A stretch of DNA of 64,000 nucleotides, taken from assembly GCF_900964775.1 (NCBI RefSeq), contig NC_041813.1:31928960-31992959 (forward strand). The letters run 5' to 3'. Within the stretch, counting starts at the first letter, position 1. Every line of letters starts with the position of its first letter. The notes beneath the pieces are model-generated. The model saw only the letters and a program-made list of their open reading frames with translations. It was not told the DNA's origin and made no database searches. Below, piece after piece: positions 1 through 11,139 of this stretch. The translations under genes were made by a program, and so were the position numbers. The stretch comes from Scleropages formosus (taxonomy: Eukaryota).

Positions 1-118
1 CAATCTGTCACACAGGACAGGTAACAGGTATTGTCTATATTGATCACATGACTGCGATTCGCTTTGGAGTGAAGTGTCAGCTAAAAGAAAGATAGAAAGA
101 ATGAATGAATGAATGTAG

Positions 119-316
119 AATATCCTGAGGAAAGTCCACTTGAATCAAGATCCAGCTGCTTTTGAGGTGCCTGTGTTGAAAGAGCACTGTAACATCCTGC
201 TTTCAGATTGTGTGGTGATACAAGAGGAGGTGGAAAAAGGAGGGAAGAGGGACATGATCACTGTGCGACTACAGGGTAAAGAGAAGGGCTCCTCGCAGGA
301 CTACTCCCTTCACAAG
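119..316 (+). CDS. nfatc2ip: nfatc2ip penultimate coding exon (gene starts upstream of the window)
   Basis: Frame NILRKVHLNQ...ITVRLQGKEKGSSQDYSLHK ends at CACAAG|gtgagc. In-frame stop at 116-118 limits the 5' extent. The proposed acceptor tgtag|AA is weak. The sequence matches SUMO-like domain 2 of NFATC2IP. Confidence 0.55.
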
Positions 317-477
317 GTGAGCGTTGAACACTCTTTGTCCCTTTTGCACCATGAACATTGTGGCCTTTGGGATGTCAAAGAGACTAAAATGTGCTGTGCC
401 TCTCACAGCGGTAGACAATGAAATCCCCATCTGTGGTTAAGTGAGGAAGCCTCACCAGGTCTCCGTTTGCTCCCCAG

Positions 478-639
478 GATGCCCCTCTCGGCTCGGTCCT
501 CTCTCAGTATCTCTCTCGGATGACCACGGGCTCCAAAAGCAAAGTGCGCTTTCTGTTTGATGGGTCAAAGGTTGCTGAGAGCCAGACCCCATCACAACTG
601 GACATGGAGGATGGCGACGTCATTGAAGTGTGGGCCTGA
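478..639 (+). CDS. nfatc2ip: nfatc2ip terminal coding exon (C-terminal ubiquitin/SUMO-like domain), stop TGA 637-639
   Basis: Acceptor tccccag|GAT. Translation DAPLGSVLSQYLSRMTTGSKSKVRFLFDGSKVAESQTPSQLDMEDGDVIEVWA* aligns to the human NFATC2IP C-terminus (...LSFFFDGTKL...GDLIEVWG). Phase 0 is continuous with the exon ending at 316. Confidence 0.75.
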   Translation, partial: DAPLGSVLSQYLSRMTTGSKSKVRFLFDGSKVAESQTPSQLDMEDGDVIEVWA

Positions 640-1740
640 CGGAGCCGAAGCCCTGAACGGGATTTCGTTTCACGCACCGGTTGCAGCAGATCGTTCTCAA
701 CAGATTTCAAGTAACGTTCTGCGCTCGGCAGCGCAGGACGTGTTGTTAGCGTGTTGTTTCTTCATACAATACACATACCCGTTTAATACATTTTAAACGA
801 TTTGTTCTGTTGCAAGAATTTTTTTGTATTTTCTCTTTGTATCTGTCCAGTATTAAAATGCGTTGGAGCCAACAAGCTTCACCAAGTAACACAACTTTGT
901 GCTGGTAAATACAGTAGGTGACGCATCTGAAGGTTCTTCACGTCTTCTAGGCCTCGGACACCTTGAAGAATCCAGCTTGAGCGAAGCACCCCCTCCTCGA
1001 AAATGGAGGAAATACTGCAGTGAAAGGCCGTTCGTTACCTTTGCTCGGAATGACACCGTAGGCAGTTGCCCGTAGGCGGCGGGCGATGTGGTGCCTTTGG
1101 AGACGCACTTTATTTAAAGAAACTAGCAGCGCTGACGGACGCGTTCGCAGCGATTTAGACCGCGTGGTTGCCCGTCAGCGCCGAACACATACTGTACCCT
1201 GTGGTACTGTACTGCAGCCTCCATTTCCTGTCAGCAAATTAATAACATAAACATATTAGGAAAGAGAAACTTTGAAAAGCCGAAGAAGAGCTGTTACATC
1301 GTGGTACAGTCACGGTAAATTCACTGTTCGCGCTTTCTTTGCGCTCCCAAATAGTTCTAGTTCAACCTCTACTTATTACGTCATCGGACTGCTAATGGAC
1401 AGGAGCGCGCGACTCGCCCTGTTCCTCTCCTAAGAAACACAGCGAGTTACTGTTGTACCGGTGTCGGTACTGTACTGTACTGCACTCTACTCCTGGATTA
1501 TCCTGTCCTTCACTGAAGCGATTTGTGCGGTAAAGGTGTCAGAGACTCTTTCCAGGGCCGCACTCTGCTCTCTTTCTTTCCCCCCTCGGCCTTAAGTGCT
1601 TTAATCTGTTCTTTGATCATTTATTGTGTTTTCCGGGGCAGGAAAAAATTCCACATACTGCACCTGTCGCACTAACAACACTTTTCTCACAACAAATGAA
1701 AACGGAGCACCGCTCAGTCCAATAGGAGTGGAATTTAATT

Positions 1741-1856
1741 AGTTTTAAGTTAAGCTGCGATGGACTGGCGTCCCGCCCGGGGTGTAACGCCAAACCCTCC
1801 TGGATGGGCTCCGGACTGCCGCGACCCTGTCCGGGACAAGCGCTTTGAGAAAATGA
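1741..1856 (+). mobile_element. SINE family 1 fragment (3' core GGACTGGCGTCCCGCCC...GGGACAAGCG)
   Basis: Shares the conserved core with the 3256-3440 copy. Confidence 0.5.
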
Positions 1857-2761
1857 CAGAAGGTGAGTTTTAATTTAATTTAATTTAAACCCTGAGGTGC
1901 AACAAAACTTTTCAACTGTAGTTCCCAGGGGTGTGTCGTGTCGTGGTGAAGGTGCTGTGCTCTGGAGGTTCAGAGGTTTTAATTAAAAAATTTGAATTTT
2001 AAATTGGGCGGGGGGTCCATATTCACTTATGAATCATAACTCGCAGCGAAGGCAGCATGTTTGATGAAGCCACTGATGGATTATGCGTCGTTTAAATTTG
2101 TTTACATCCAGGTTGTTGAAGAACACCGCAAAATGAAATAAGTAAAAAAATAAGACAAGAAACTATAATTGAGGCATGTTTTAACTATTCCACATTTTGA
2201 GAAAAATATTGTTTTTAAACATAGTTAATTCATAACTTTTCACCCACAGGATTCATACAATATATTTTCGTTTAATTTCTCTACACTGTTCTCAATATTG
2301 CAGTATAACTGCGGACCAGAATCTGTTCATAACTCGATTTGTTTGTAAATCCAAACACTGCATCACAGTGAATGGAAACCTACAGAAATCTCTCCATAGC
2401 CACAAACCAGGGTCTGGAGAAAACCTCAGATAAAGTTAATGACAATGTTGAGATGATGTTACATTTTCATCAGCTAGCTGTCTAGAACCTGTCCTGGAAA
2501 CATACGGCACGAGGCAGGAGACACCATGGACAGCAGGCATGCATGGGAAGCCAGACTGTAGAAGGACCTTCATTCTTCTGTATTGTCTCATATTAACCTT
2601 AAATAAATGTAAATGTAACTTGGAAACAACGCGTGCAACTTCTGTCAGCACGTGGCCGCTTTCAGTTTGCTTTATTAGCTACACAATCAAGAAAAGCAGG
2701 AGAGTAAATTGCTGGGAATTTTCTATGCAAGTCTTAGATATTATGATGCTTTTAAAAGCGG

Positions 2762-2875
2762 GGGTGCGGTGGCGCAGCGGGTTGGGCGGTGCCTGCCGCG
2801 GGGCGGGTCCGGGGTTCGAGTCCTGCCTTGCGATGAACTGCCTGAATCCCGGACCCCCCACACACACCGCCAATC
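2762..2875 (+). mobile_element. SINE family 1 fragment (tRNA-like head GGTGGCGCAGCGGGTTGG...GGGGTTCGAGTCC)
   Basis: tRNA A-box and B-box motifs are present and the head matches the other family-1 copies. Confidence 0.5.
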
Positions 2876-3255
2876 ATTATTGTATGCGAATTATTGGTTT
2901 CGTATTTATCTGCATTATTTCACTCCTAATATACATTTCGGTATTTCTCCTCACTCACTGCTGCAGTTCTTCGTAACGGGTGTGAGGTCCTGCAGCTCAG
3001 GTTCTAATCTCGTAGCAGCAACTGGTCAGCAGTGAAACCCAAAAGTCACTCAGTTTAAGCCCCGGATGGCAAATTGGGGTCATCAGTCGTAGTAGCAGTG
3101 GTTGTAGCAGTAGTGGTGGTGGTCATCATGGGGATATGTAGTGTGTACAACTGTGTACAGCTAACCAAACTAGTCCTTTTCCGAGTTATGAGCCTAGAAT
3201 TAAGTTTCATGTTAATATTTTGTTTCTCGAGCCAGTATTTTATAAAGCGATTCTT

Positions 3256-3438
3256 TACTGCCTGGGTTAAACTGCAGTCCTGCTCTCCGGTGGGTCTGGG
3301 GTTCGAGTCCCGCTTGGGGTGCCTTGCGACGGACTGGCGTCCCGTCCTGGGTGTGTCCCTTCCCCCTCCGGCCTTACGCCCTGTGTTGCCGGGTAGGCTC
3401 CGGTTCCCCGTGACCCTGTATGGGACAAGCGGTTCTGA

Positions 3439-3440
<2 letters not shown>
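3256..3440 (+). mobile_element. tRNA-derived SINE, family 1 (A/B-box head GGTTCGAGTCC, core GGACTGGCGTCCCGTCC, 3' (GT)n tail)
   Basis: About 180 bp closely similar to copies at 13738-13935 and 19011-19212 (reverse). It is followed directly by a (GT)n tail at 3440-3508. Confidence 0.7.
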
Positions 3441-3499
<59 letters not shown>

Positions 3500-3508
3500 T
3501 GTGTGTGA
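3440..3508. repeat. (GT)n microsatellite, about 34 units, forming the tail of the adjacent SINE
   Basis: Perfect GT dinucleotide run. Confidence 0.9.
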
Positions 3509-3552
3509 GAGATTCTTTACTGCCATCTTGCGGTAAAAGGAGTGAACGGCAA

Positions 3553-3555
<3 letters not shown>

Positions 3556-3589
<34 letters not shown>
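3556..3589. repeat. poly(A) homopolymer, 34 nt
   Basis: Uninterrupted run of A. Confidence 0.9.
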
Positions 3590-3593
<4 letters not shown>

Positions 3594-4878
3594 ATTAAAG
3601 AAAGTTATTATTAAATAAAATACACGACCTACACAATTTAAAAAAAAGTTCTCAACAAATTTGCAACCAGACACATTTAAAACTACATTTCCTACAGCTG
3701 GTCAACAAGGCTTACTAAAAAGCCATTACATAAAATACATTGTGAAGACAGTGACAAAGTCTTTCCCATAACAATCCCCCCTCCTGGCTTCAAAATATAT
3801 AAGTGACCCACGTCTTCCCCACACCAACATACCCACGCAAGGACTGTCCCCCAATAGCAGCTTAACCCGAGTCATCGTATCATATACATGCATCTTCCAA
3901 AACACATAAACTACTGCTAAATTACAGTATAAAACTTTACCATCATACCCCCTAAAACGTAAAATCAGACTAAAAAAAAGCAGACATACACACATAATAA
4001 GTGAGTGATCGATATAAAAAACAGTTAAAAGTGCACAAACCTAATAAAACAAGACTACTAAAATCATGTGTGAATAAAATACTATACAGATAAAATCCAC
4101 ACAAATTCAAAGAAGAAATATAAAAATGAACGACAACTTTTTAAAGTGGACCAACTGAGTTGCGTTCATCGCGCGCACATGGATGGTTTATGTATTTTTG
4201 CCCATCATGTTTATGTACTTTTCCTCTTATCTTGGCCCTCCGGTAAGTTGTTACGACACTCCTTTCTGTGCACGATTGTTACATTTTACATCAGCCAAAA
4301 ATTGTGTTCTTCACTCACATTTCATACAGAAGAGTGTTGTGTCTGAGAGAAGCGATGTCAGTGCCGTGAAGTACTGTGAGGTAAATCACAGTATATTAAT
4401 AATTAAGTGTAGACAAGTCCTCGGCCTTCTACCACCGACTCATTTCAGCTGTTTCAGCTCTTGGGCAATTTACTGCGGTACATTGGAAGATGTGGAATGG
4501 AGAAGGAGAAGAGAACGTGTGATCATGTGTGAAATGTGCCGTTTCGGAGCGCCGAAGAAGGTCTCAGGTCAACGTGAGAAGATGTGGGGGGACACGGCCG
4601 TGAAGCTCAAGAAGATCTTCTGGGAAATACTAGACAAGAAGGGGTCAAGTGTGTGTGTCCGGATTCCGCGTGTCCTACTCATTTACCTTTGTATCGTTTC
4701 ACTTACGTGGCTTTTTTGCGTGTGTCACTGTGTGTGAGGTGCAGCTCAAGGATCGGGAAACAAACAGGGTCAACAGATGGAAGAGTTCAAACCGAGGAAG
4801 GAGACGTTGTCGTCTCCCTCCCTCTGTGAACTTCGTGTTTTGTCTCCGCACTGCGGTGTATGAAAAAACAAAGCAAAA

Positions 4879-4921
<43 letters not shown>

Positions 4922-6899
4922 GTTCTTCTCTCAGTGACTTTAGAATCCGACCCTGCCCCACCGTGATACCTTCCACTGGCGATACAAGTACCTCTTTTTT
5001 GTCCTTTTCCTTTATTAACGTCATCAACTAAAAAGGAAAAGATTACATAAATACATAGTTCATGGCCAACATACAACTCAATATACTCAAAAAACGAGCA
5101 TGAAACACCAGCTGTGACATACAGATTAAAAAAAAAGTACCTGGGCACACCTCGCCAGTTTTCGAAACTCAGCGATGCGATGCGATGCGATGCGACGCCA
5201 CGCGACGCGACTTTTGACTGAGAAAGAAGTTCCGACACACGCAGAGTCACGGTGCATCACACCGCAGTACCATCCCCCTCCGCTATTTCAGTGACCACGA
5301 TCTATAGCTGCTCTTTGGTCCTTCCCTCACTGAGCCGGTTACGGTCCTTGACGTTCGGTAGTGATCGGGCTTGTGTCCCAGCAGCCAATCGGCGTACGAC
5401 GTCGCGATACTTCAGTGTCAGTCATCCTAATGCATGACGTGTCAGAGATACGTCAAACTTAATATTCCGATACCAGGATACTTTGCGAAACACTTATTGG
5501 GTTAGTAAAAGCCACCATGAACGGGACAACTAGATGCAAACTATAAAGGAGTCCCCATGAGGCTGGGATGTCTGCCTCCCAGAGAATTTTGGAGACCTTT
5601 GGAGGTTTTAGGGGAGGTGAGACTTCCCCTGGTGCTCCAGAGGGAGGTGGCTCTTGTTAAAAGAGTCGTGGGAGAGGAACGCAAGTCAAGGGAGAAGGGG
5701 AGCAGCAAGGACCCCCCCCCCCAGAAGGGAGGGCACCAACTAGAGGAGCATCTACAGCGCTCCTATAAATACTCAAAAAAAATTTAGCTCTTGCTCTTCA
5801 CTGCTTGAGCCCAGATTCCCCTCCCCCCCAGCACATGGTAGTTTCCCCCCTCCGGAGGGAGATTCCACCTCCAACCCTTTTTCCTCTCACCACCTTCACA
5901 AGTCTTTCTTTATCACCATTCTTAGGAGATGCCAACCAACACCGCACTCATTGTGGAGAACACAACCAAGCGCGCCGCTGTATAGTGTCTCCACAGGAGA
6001 CTCCACTAACATCTCTCACATTCGGAGTAGGCTGCAGCTTCTTATTTATGTCCCTTCCAACGTATATATATTGTACTCATGGTAACCATGAAGAGCAGCT
6101 GCTAGCGCAAAGGTTTCTGGGATACACAATCTGTAACAACATAATTAGATGAATAGAAAAAGGGAGGAGTTAAACTGCGTGCTTTTTGTTCTTTGTATCC
6201 ATCCGCGACAGTAAGAGCGCTTCTTCGCAAACTTGTGCTACCGAGTAGTATAGCGCGTCGGAGCCCCATCAGCGTGGTCCGCGTTGCCGTGTGTTTGAGC
6301 GGGAAAACGCAATAATTGTAATTGGTTAGATTTGAGTGACGTACGGGGAATTGTTTTTTTTTTTTCTCCCACGGATCAGAATGGATCACCAGCCCACCAA
6401 ACGGTGTCTGGTTTCACATACTGTCCAAGTCGACAGGAAAAAATTTCTCCATTCAGCATTTACGACAATTAAAATCTTTATTCAAAAAATAGATTAATCC
6501 ACGCTTGTACGCAATGACCGGGCTGCCGCACCTCTTATCGCCCGTTGGCCCGAACCGAGCTACGGACCGTTCGAGAGCCGTCGGAGGCGCGATTCTCCTC
6601 AAGTGCAGCGAGGCCCGAGGGCCCAAAATCTTGGTCAAAGTGGGAGAGTTTTTTTTCCCAGAAATATATAAACACAGAAAAGAAAAAATCTTGCACCGAA
6701 AGACATACATATGGTGGAGTTTTACATGTTGCTCATAATGATTTTTCAACGTACTGTGTTACGAAGAGAAAAACCGGTGATTTTAAAACACATGAGAAAG
6801 AAACAAATCGATGAATTAAAGCACAGCTACGTCACATTGTTTTCTTCAAACATATTTGTGTGGTGTAACAGGCAGCCACAGAAAGTTTCCTTCCTTCGT

Positions 6900-6905
<6 letters not shown>

Positions 6906-6960
<55 letters not shown>
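6906..6960. repeat. (TG)n microsatellite, about 27 units
   Basis: Perfect dinucleotide run. Confidence 0.9.
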
Positions 6961-6965
<5 letters not shown>

Positions 6966-7164
6966 CTATGCAGGTAAATGCGGAGGCATCAACCAGAGGC
7001 TGCTACTGGGGGGCATCACATCACTTCTCCAAACGACGCTTAGACCGCCTCTGCAGTGCCAGCTCATGTACCGTGTGGACAGAAGGTTGGGTGCAGGTGA
7101 ACAAAGCCAAGGTGAAGCAGCAAAGCCTGGATGTGGTGCCAGTACATAAAGGCTCAGGGAGCTG

Positions 7165-7542
7165 TCAAGGCATCCAGGCTGACATCAGCATGAGGGACAG
7201 GAGTGGTGAGGACACAGTAAGCAAGAGAGCTAGAGAGGGGGATTTGTTCGCTCCACCGGTGGTTCCGGAAGTAGCGGAGGGGGTCACTGACACCGAGGAT
7301 CCAGGAACAGTAGAAGGAGCCGCTGAAGTTGAGGTGGATGTCGAAGGAGGGAGATCTGCCACGTTCTGTGCGATGAAGCTGTAGAAGTGGTATACTCTGT
7401 AGAAGACCTCCACCGAGGATGAGCTGGCCCTGCTGCTGTTGGAGATACCGATGGTGGTGCCGTTGATGTTCTCCATCATTACCACTGCAACCTGGAGCCA
7501 GGAACCGGCCTGCTGGCAAACCAAGGGGCCTCCTGCGAAGCC
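7165..7542 (-). CDS. Paralogue B terminal exon: GFAGGPLVCQQAGSW... (Ala at the catalytic Ser position), then a Ser/Thr-rich stretch and a hydrophobic tail (GPI-signal-like); stop 7165-7167
   Basis: Acceptor cacag|GGC at 7543. This is ORF 7165..7524 extended upstream in frame. The C-terminus is ...SPSLALLLTVSSPLLSLMLMSAWMP*. Confidence 0.5.
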   Translation of the reverse strand, partial: GFAGGPLVCQQAGSWLQVAVVMMENINGTTIGISNSSRASSSSVEVFYRVYHFYSFIAQNVADLPPSTSTSTSAAPSTVPGSSVSVTPSATSGTTGGANKSPSLALLLTVSSPLLSLMLMSAWMP

Positions 7543-7666
7543 CTGTGTTGAGTGGGGAGAGCGAGGAGCAGGTTGAGAAGCTCCACTTGGGCAGCAGGAA
7601 AGACACCGAAACCTGAAACAAACACAGGAGCGAACAGAGTGCCAACCCTGCCGCTGGTGAACCTAC

Positions 7667-7764
7667 CTGCCGGAGGTCCACAGCTGAGGTGCAGATGTTG
7701 TCCGCGGACGAGATGTTTCCGCAGGACACCGCGGTCGTCTGGATCTGCCGAAGAACCTGCCCCG
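7667..7764 (-). CDS. Paralogue B exon, equivalent to paralogue A exon 4 (...AGQVLRQIQTTAVSCGNISSADNICTSAVDLRQ)
   Basis: Acceptor ccgcag|CG and donor CAG|gtaggt. The same frame stays open upstream to about 7858, giving a GWG-like ...HVSGSSWTE... Confidence 0.4.
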
Positions 7765-7927
7765 CTGCGGGGGGTTCCAGGGGAAAGAGGTTTTGTTCAG
7801 TCCAGCTTGAACCCGAAACATGGGTACGTACAGTGTGTACGTTGTAAATGACATGATGAAGTCAATCAATCACTGTGTCTTTAGTAGTGCGACACGTTTC
7901 CATACTGTTAACATGTAATGTCTGACT

Positions 7928-7960
<33 letters not shown>

Positions 7961-8021
7961 TGGGGCACCTCTTCTTGTTGGTTCAGGAAACGGGGGTGGG
8001 GGGGGTCCTGCAGGTGCTCAC

Positions 8022-8190
8022 CTGTCGAAGCAGTTGGCGGTGCTCATGACGACACTCCGCGAGATGAGGGAGCCCCCGCAGACGTGGACCCCGCCTCTCT
8101 GCAGGCTCACCTGCCATGGCCACGCCCCCTCAGTTGCCAGGTCACTGCTGCTGCTGTTGTTGTTCAGGGGGGCGTGGCCACAGACATACG
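8022..8190 (-). CDS. Paralogue B exon: protease-domain N-terminus ...[33 protein letters not shown](R)
   Basis: Acceptor ttcag|CG at 8191 and donor AG|gtgagc at 8021. The exon is 169 nt, the same length and phases as paralogue A exon 2. The catalytic His position is Asn. Confidence 0.55.
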
Positions 8191-8579
8191 CTGAAGGAGT
8201 GACGAAAACAGGAGAAACATTAATCAGCGCCCGAACATGCAACTCCCTGAGGATCCATTACTGTTCTGTAGTTCATCCTACACGCAGCAGTTTCAAAATC
8301 CAAGAATGATGAGAAAATATGCGTAACACTTAACAGTATAAATAGAAGAACATCGTATCTTATTACCCCTGAAAAAGAGAAAATCTCAACAGCCTGTGAG
8401 GCACCAGCGCTACTTACTGTTCCACCCACCAACAACAGAATCAAATGAGAAAATTCAAAGAGGAAAGAAGATGAACGATGAGAGAGAAGGAGAGAAATCA
8501 TACATGAAAAAGGAGCACACGAAGGGGTCATGTGGAAGCAACTTTGAACGTGCGGCACTCACTGGAAGGTGGGGTGGTG

Positions 8580-10000
8580 GTAGACGCTTCGGGCTGAATG
8601 GTAGTCACTGGAGATGGTGTGTTTGTGGTGAGTGAGGTCAAGTGTGGTGTGGATGAGGTGGGGGATGGTGCAGTTGGGATGGAGGGTGGTGTAGTTGAGG
8701 AGGTTGAAATGGGGGATGAGGTGGTGGAGGATGGTGTTGATGAGGTGGTCGAGGTGGAGGGTGGTGTAGTTGAGGAGGTTGAAGTAGGGGATGAGGTGGT
8801 GGAGGATGGTGTTGATGAGGTGGTCGAGGTGGAGGGTGGTGTAGTTGAGGAAGCTGATGCAGTTGGGGTGGGGGGTGGTGCGGATGAGGAGGCTGGGGTG
8901 GGGTGGAAGAGGTTACTGGGGTGGTGGACGGTGCGGTTGAGGGGGATGGAGTGGTGGATAGTGCGGTTGGGGTGGAGGACGGTGTGGATGGGGAGGAAGG
9001 GGTGGAGGACGGTGCAGTAGAGGTGGATGAGGTGGGGGATGGTGTGGTGGAGGATGGTGTTGATGAGGTGGTTGAGGAAGAGGATGGTGCAGTTGAGGTG
9101 GAGGGTGGTGTAGTTGAGGAGGTTGGTGTAGTTGAGGAGGTTGAAGTGGGGGATGGTGCAGTCGGGGTGGGGGGTGGTGCGGATGAGGAGGCTGGGGTGG
9201 GGGGTGGGGTGGAAGAGGTTACTGGGGTGGTGGACGGTGCGGTTGAGGGGGATGGGGTGGAGGACGGTGTGGAAGACGGTGCGGATGGGGTGGAGGACAG
9301 TGTGGAGGACGGTGCGGTTGAGGGGGGTGGGGTGGAGGACGGTGTGGAGGACGGTGCGGATGGGGTGGAGGACGGTGCGGAGGCTGGGGTGGGGCGGAAG
9401 AGGTGGCTGAGGTGGAGGACGGTGCGGTGGAGGATGGTGTGGTTGTGGTGGGTGAGGTGGGGGAAGGTGAGGATGAGGTAGAGGATGTTGCAGTTGAGGT
9501 GGGGGATGGTGTGGATGAGGTGGGGGATGGTGTGGATGAGGTGGCTGAGGTGGGGGAGGGTGAGGATGAGGTGGCTGAGGGTGTGGATGACCTGAAGGAT
9601 GTTGCAGCTGGGGTGGTTGAGGTGGAGGAGGGTGTGGTTGAGGTGGCGGAGGTGGGGGAGGGTGTGGTTGAGGTGGCGGAGGTGGAGGAGGGTGTGGTTG
9701 AGGTGGCTGAGGTGGGGGAGGGTGTGGTTGAGGTGGAGGATGTTGCAATTGGAGTGGTGGAGGTGGGGGATGGTGTGGATGAGGTGGAGGATGTTGCAGT
9801 TGAGGTGGCGGAGGTGGGGGAGGGTGTGGTTGAGGTGGAGGATGTTGCAATTGGAGTGGTGGAGGTGGGGGAGGGTGTGGTTGAGGTGGGGGAGGGTGAG
9901 GATGAGGTGGAGGATGTTGCAGTTGAGGTGGCGGAGGTGGGGGATGATGTGGTTGAGGTGGCTGAGGTGGGGGAGGGTGTGGATGATGTGGTTGAGCTAA
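8580..10000. repeat. Coding minisatellite: imperfect tandem repeats of about 78 bp encoding Ser/Thr/Pro (mucin-like PTS) and Pro/His/Gln-rich peptide on the minus strand
   Basis: Repeated units such as GGTGGTCGAGGTGGAGGGTGGTGTAGTTGAGGAGGTTGAAG. All six frames are open across about 1.5 kb. The ORF track shows PTS repeats in two minus-strand frames. Confidence 0.75.
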
Positions 10001-10178
10001 CTGGTAGTGTGGTTGAGGGGAAGGGTGGTGTGGGTGTGTTGGAGTTGATCCAGTCTCGATACGAGGACACCGCGGTGTACACTCCTGGCTGTTCCTGGGT
10101 GTTGCATCCACCGAACATAATCCCAGTTTGGACCCAGACCGAACCCTGTTTGACCACCAGCGGAGCTCCTTGTAACCC
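9219..10178 (-). CDS. Paralogue A exon 5 (terminal): [45 protein letters not shown], then about 270 aa of mucin-like S/T/P repeat and a PPHPHRPP-type Pro/His tail; stop 9219-9221
   Basis: Acceptor tgtgcag|GGG at 10179. ORF 9219..10196 gives the frame. The Ser-position motif GDSGGP reads GLQGAP (Ser to Gln). The end of the tail is uncertain because the repeat continues in another frame down to about 8528. Confidence 0.6.
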   Translation of the reverse strand, partial: GLQGAPLVVKQGSVWVQTGIMFGGCNTQEQPGVYTAVSSYRDWINSNTPTPPFPSTTLPVSSTTSSTPSPTSATSTTSSPTSATSTATSSTSSSPSPTSTTPSPTSTTPIATSSTSTTPSPTSATSTATSSTSSTPSPTSTTPIATSSTSTTPSPTSATSTTPSSTSATSTTPSPTSATSTTPSSTSTTPAATSFRSSTPSATSSSPSPTSATSSTPSPTSSTPSPTSTATSSTSSSPSPTSPTTTTPSSTAPSSTSATSSAPPQPPHRPPPHPHRPPHRPPPHPPQPHRPPHCPPPHPHRLPHRPPPHPPQPHRPPPQ

Positions 10179-10206
10179 CTGCACATATGGAGACACATTT
10201 TCATCA

Positions 10207-10440
10207 TGAGTAGGAAGAGTCAGACTGGAATTGAGCTCATGCGATCAATTTGGGTTACTCTCATTTTATACTGCTCCCTTTGGACTAAGGTTCCAGGTTC
10301 AAATCCAACATCTGAGTGTACAACTCTCGAAGAAGGTATTTATCCTAAATTACAGAGCTGTGTAAATGGGTGAAGAATTTTAAGTAGAAAAACATGATGC
10401 TTTGGAGAAAAGGTTCAGATAAATGAATAAATGTAAAGGT
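10207..10440 (+). mobile_element. SINE family 2 (tail ...GCTTTGGAGAAAAGGTTCAGATAAATGAATAAATGTAAAG)
   Basis: The tail consensus is shared with copies at 26770-26975, 34452-34615 and 47295-47425. It lies in an intron of paralogue A. Confidence 0.6.
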
Positions 10441-10442
10441 AC

Positions 10443-10579
10443 CCTGCATGAGGTGTTGTTCCCTGGCAGCTGAGTGGTACAGAACTTGTTGTTCATGTTG
10501 AGATTAAAATTTTTATAGATGGAGAGACACACTTCGTTTCCCACCGCAGACATCTGAAACTGCAGCAGGTCGACGACGT
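10443..10579 (-). CDS. Paralogue A exon 4 (DVVDLLQFQMSAVGNEVCLSIYKNFNLNMNNKFCTTQLPGNNTSCR)
   Basis: Acceptor ttcttcag|AC and donor AGG|gtacc. Phase 1 in and phase 0 out, consistent with exons 3 and 5. Low coordinates are +/-1 because no ORF-track anchor exists for this short exon. Confidence 0.55.
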
Positions 10580-10755
10580 CTGAAGAAGAGAGCAGCGAGG
10601 ATTAACACGCTAAGATACGAGTGAGACGGAGATATAAAACGGTTCCACGTGATCCCATGTTGTCCGTATCCAGAGTCGAACCTCTATCCTTCCGTCATGA
10701 TCCACGTTCCGTTCCCCCCTCGGCACCCGCACGTCTCTTTGCGCTAATTTCTTAC

Positions 10756-11024
10756 CTTGGGAATCGATGGCCCCCCACCCGGTGACCCACATGTCGGTGC
10801 TGTTGTAGAAGGTGCTGCCGTTGGGCGCCAGACAGACGGGCTGGATGTAGTCGTTGAAGTTGACCGGGGAGGAGAGCTGGACCAGAGCTATAATGTTCTC
10901 ATATGAATTGGTACGGAAATCCGGATGAAGGATGATCCTACTGAGGGTTCTGGACACCTCGTTTGGGTTGTTACCGCTCTGATTCTGTCGACCCAGATAA
11001 AAAAGCCAGTCGCCGGGGTTCGAG
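10756..11024 (-). CDS. Paralogue A exon 3 ([16 protein letters not shown]...[61 protein letters not shown])
   Basis: ORF 10610..10957 extended in frame to acceptor ctcctgcag|C. Donor CAAG|gtaaga at 10755. The Asp-position motif (prostasin HDIALLQLS) reads [10 protein letters not shown], so Asp is Ile. Confidence 0.7.
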
Positions 11025-11139
11025 CTGCAGGAGACGGAAGGAGAGAGTGTCAGCGGGAGAAAACCAGCGTGTGTCTATGTTCCTGAGATCCGGCACTCTG
11101 GGAACACGTGTCACGCCGCACTCAAAGTTCATACAGTAC

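Larger units (their letters stand above)
7165..8190 (-). pseudogene. Trypsin-like serine-protease homologue, paralogue B: likely catalytically dead and structurally incomplete, so either a pseudogene or a mis-assembled copy
   Basis: Three exons are homologous to paralogue A, but the exon-3 equivalent is missing and reading-frame phase is incompatible between 8022 and 7764. The His-position motif reads MSTANCF and the Ser-position motif reads GFAGGP. Confidence 0.4.

Noticed and set aside
140-142. Using the ORF-track start (TTG at 140, shown as M) as the nfatc2ip exon start
   Set aside because: The ORF caller uses TTG/GTG alternative starts, which do not apply to a nuclear eukaryotic gene. 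The frame is open back to an acceptor at 118/119 and the true ATG lies outside the window.
3074-3674. ORFs 3074..3508 (+) and 3267..3674 (-) with CVCVCV/THTHTH and poly-Phe runs
   Set aside because: Translations of the (GT)n microsatellite, a poly(A) tract and the SINE body.
8528-10207. 559-aa minus-strand ORF read as one continuous gene
   Set aside because: Its 5' part ([18 protein letters not shown]...) is out of frame with the upstream protease exons. Only the frame starting GLQGAPLVV joins exon 4 in phase. The lower part is repeat in a shifted frame.
8598-10209. Long plus-strand ORFs (8598..9020, 8903..9481, 9132..9410, 9403..10209, 9599..10000) encoding Glu/Gly/Val/Asp- or Trp/Arg-rich peptides
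   Set aside because: They are the antisense and alternate frames of the PTS coding minisatellite. Low-complexity repeats keep all frames open, and there are no splice or promoter signals or homology.
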